From Octopus sinensis (Eukaryota), in NCBI RefSeq assembly GCF_006345805.1, contig NC_043000.1:59210001-59274000 (forward strand): a stretch of DNA of 64,000 nucleotides. The letters are read 5' to 3'. The notes beneath the pieces were generated by a model. That model was not told the DNA's origin. It did no database searches and saw only the letters and a list, made by a program, of their open reading frames with translations. The position numbers and the translations under genes are program-made. Shown here piece by piece: positions 61,743 to 64,000 of the stretch; the stretch's first letter is position 1, and each line of letters opens with the position of its first letter.

Positions 61743-62159
61743 CCCACTCCTTTTTTCATATATACCTAAACATATTTATGTATGAACATATATATGTATG
61801 CATATATGTATATAAATATGTGTGCGTACATACACACAGTACATATATATGTACACACACACTCATGCATGCATGCATACATACATACACACATACATAC
61901 ATATACGTGTGTGTGTGTGTGTACAAGCGTCTGTGTGTACATTCATATATGTCTATCACTTACTATTTTTCAGTTTTTCTCTTCTCGTAGCTATCTTTCT
62001 ATGACTCTCAATCTTACTTATTTCATCCAGACTCTCTATCTCATTATTAGTATCTCATATATATTATTTCTTACATATCTGTAGATGGCAACGAATATGT
62101 AATCAACTCTTATGTATCATTTTATTTTTGCCGCATCATATGTAAAAGCGGTCATGGTA

Positions 62160-64000
62160 AATTTGATAGAGAATGAATCCAATTTTTATCAGGATTGCCA
62201 ATCTTAATTTCATCAATCTGGGAGTTGTAATCGAATATATATGAATAGGGAAATTGATTTTTAAATATCACTTAATCCAAAGTATAATGTCACATGCTGT
62301 TGGAAAACCCTTTCGTATATCTTTTCTTTTAGTCTGTTGTGGTAGTGAAACGTATACAATGAAAACATGAAAGTATTCGAATAGGAATTGTAGTAATAAC
62401 GAGCGCAGTTCATTGATTATATTGCTTGAGCTGTTCCTGTTAACCTGTAGTCAATTATTTTTAAGTGCATTGCATTTGTCCTTTGTTAAATCGTAGATTA
62501 CCCAAAACATCTGATCGATGAAGTTAAGTAACATAACATAAATTGTGGAGAGTATTGATCGTTTTATTCCTAACTGTTAGTAGCAAAATATTATAAAATT
62601 CTATTCTTATCAGATGCACTTGATCGTACTATAAACTACTTTGCAATATTTGATTTCAGATGGTCATGGGTAGATAATTTAATTCGTTATGTTTACAGTT
62701 TATCTTCGCAAATTCACAGAACAATGTAACCCTAACCCTAACCCTAATAAAATGTAAAATGCTTGTGAATATGTTACACAATAATCGTGAGGCATAAAAG
62801 CTACAACACAGCGTTTACTATAAAGAAACAGAAGGAATAATATTTCTTCAGAAAAAGAATTAAATGTTGACAAAAGATAAAAACCCGCACAATTCTTTTG
62901 ATCTGAACTCCGTTTATAGTGCATCTAAGGAAATATCTTGGTATATGTTGATTGAAATTAACACTTATGACCTGAAGATTAACTTCAGAAATGATAGAAT
63001 TAATACTCCTAAACCTAAATACCCATATTGACTTTCAAAGTCTCTTAAGTCGAACTTTCATTATTTCCTTCTATTAGATATATAAACCCCATTGAATTTC
63101 ACATTGATATTATTAATAAGAATATTTCAGATTAGATCATGCTTAAGATTGAGAATGTTTCTTCTTTAACCTATGGAATAACATATAAAGTTTTATAAAC
63201 TGGTTCAAATACCTTCTTAATACATCAAATTAACATATTTTCAAGTGGACATTGAGAACTCGTAACGAGAACACGGCTGAATTTTGAACCATAACTCTCA
63301 GATTTTCCCAGTCAAGAACCGCCAACTTAATGTATTTCCATGATAGGAAAAGTGTCATTATAAAAGGTAGTAACGTCTATATGGATCGACCAATCTACCG
63401 TAAGCACCCCACTTCCGACCCCATCACTATGAGTATGGTTAACAGTATTATGGATAGACGTGAAGCAAAGTGAAGGTGGCCTGGCAAGGAGACGAAAATT
63501 CCATACTAAGAGAACAGTAGCTTTGAATAAACGTCTGCATGGGAGACACATCAATTCATAAGCTGCATAGAAGGTAACCCCACAATGAAAGTTGTAAATA
63601 TGACTAAAATTATGACCAGAGATGAGGGTCTCTACAAGTTGCAAAGAAGGTAATCCTTTTAGGAAAGCAATGTCGTAGAATAGAAACTGATACAATGCAC
63701 AAGTAGCTCTTCCGTCTTGACTGAGAACATCACAAGCGCTGGTAAAACGATGAAACGAATCCAATCCATGTAGTAAAGTGGAAGTCACAAGAGTATCCTC
63801 CGGCAAATAATACCGTGCCAAAATCATAACAGCCACAAATACAGAGTAAAATATCTAACTGTAAATGCAAAAATATCACTTATCACGTTAGTGCTTCGTA
63901 ATTTAATGAGATGGTCAGGTGAAGGCACCTGGTGATGTGTGCAAACCTCTAGACTGTTACCAAACGATCACACTATCTTCTTTTCAGAGGTAGAAAACAC
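62160..64000 (-). pseudogene. Decayed paramyxo-like L EVE, copy L5: connector, methyltransferase and C-terminus
   Basis: ORF 63327-63836: ILARYY...LHGL...CDVLS (cf. VLADLY...IRGL...CAVLT), FRLLARPPSLCF (cf. FRRIGLNSSACY), GVGSG-x14-FYN (cf. GEGSG-x15-FYN). Then SMI*SEI (cf. FIHSDI), NSFSEEILF (ORF 62700-62924, cf. NFISTESYL) and **KIGF at ~62180 (cf. terminal WWKxIGY). Confidence 0.7.

Overview
AT-rich, repeat-saturated animal DNA, most likely a cephalopod (Octopus-like tRNA-derived SINEs, long (TA)n/(CA)n tracts; the organism is inferred). No intact host gene was recognised. Transposons present: two Penelope-like elements (one near full length), a decayed Gypsy LTR element, Helitrons, RTE LINE and Tc1/mariner fragments, hAT/pogo MITEs, many SINEs, and several hammerhead-ribozyme motifs in Penelope-type repeats. 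The main finding is in the unique DNA between the repeats. Translated by hand across stops and frameshifts, it repeatedly resembles paramyxovirus-like (Mononegavirales) genes: about five L-polymerase segments, three matrix (M), two fusion (F) and two nucleoprotein (N) remnants, on both strands. They partly follow viral gene order: M-F-?-L on the minus strand at 35.5-25.6 kb, N-M-F on the plus strand at 36-43.5 kb, and N..M on the minus strand at 12-7 kb. This looks like a dense, ancient cluster of non-retroviral endogenous viral elements (EVEs) later broken up by TE insertions. All viral assignments are by-eye motif alignments to remembered measles/NDV/RSV proteins and need tBLASTn/HMM confirmation. 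Boundaries are approximate.
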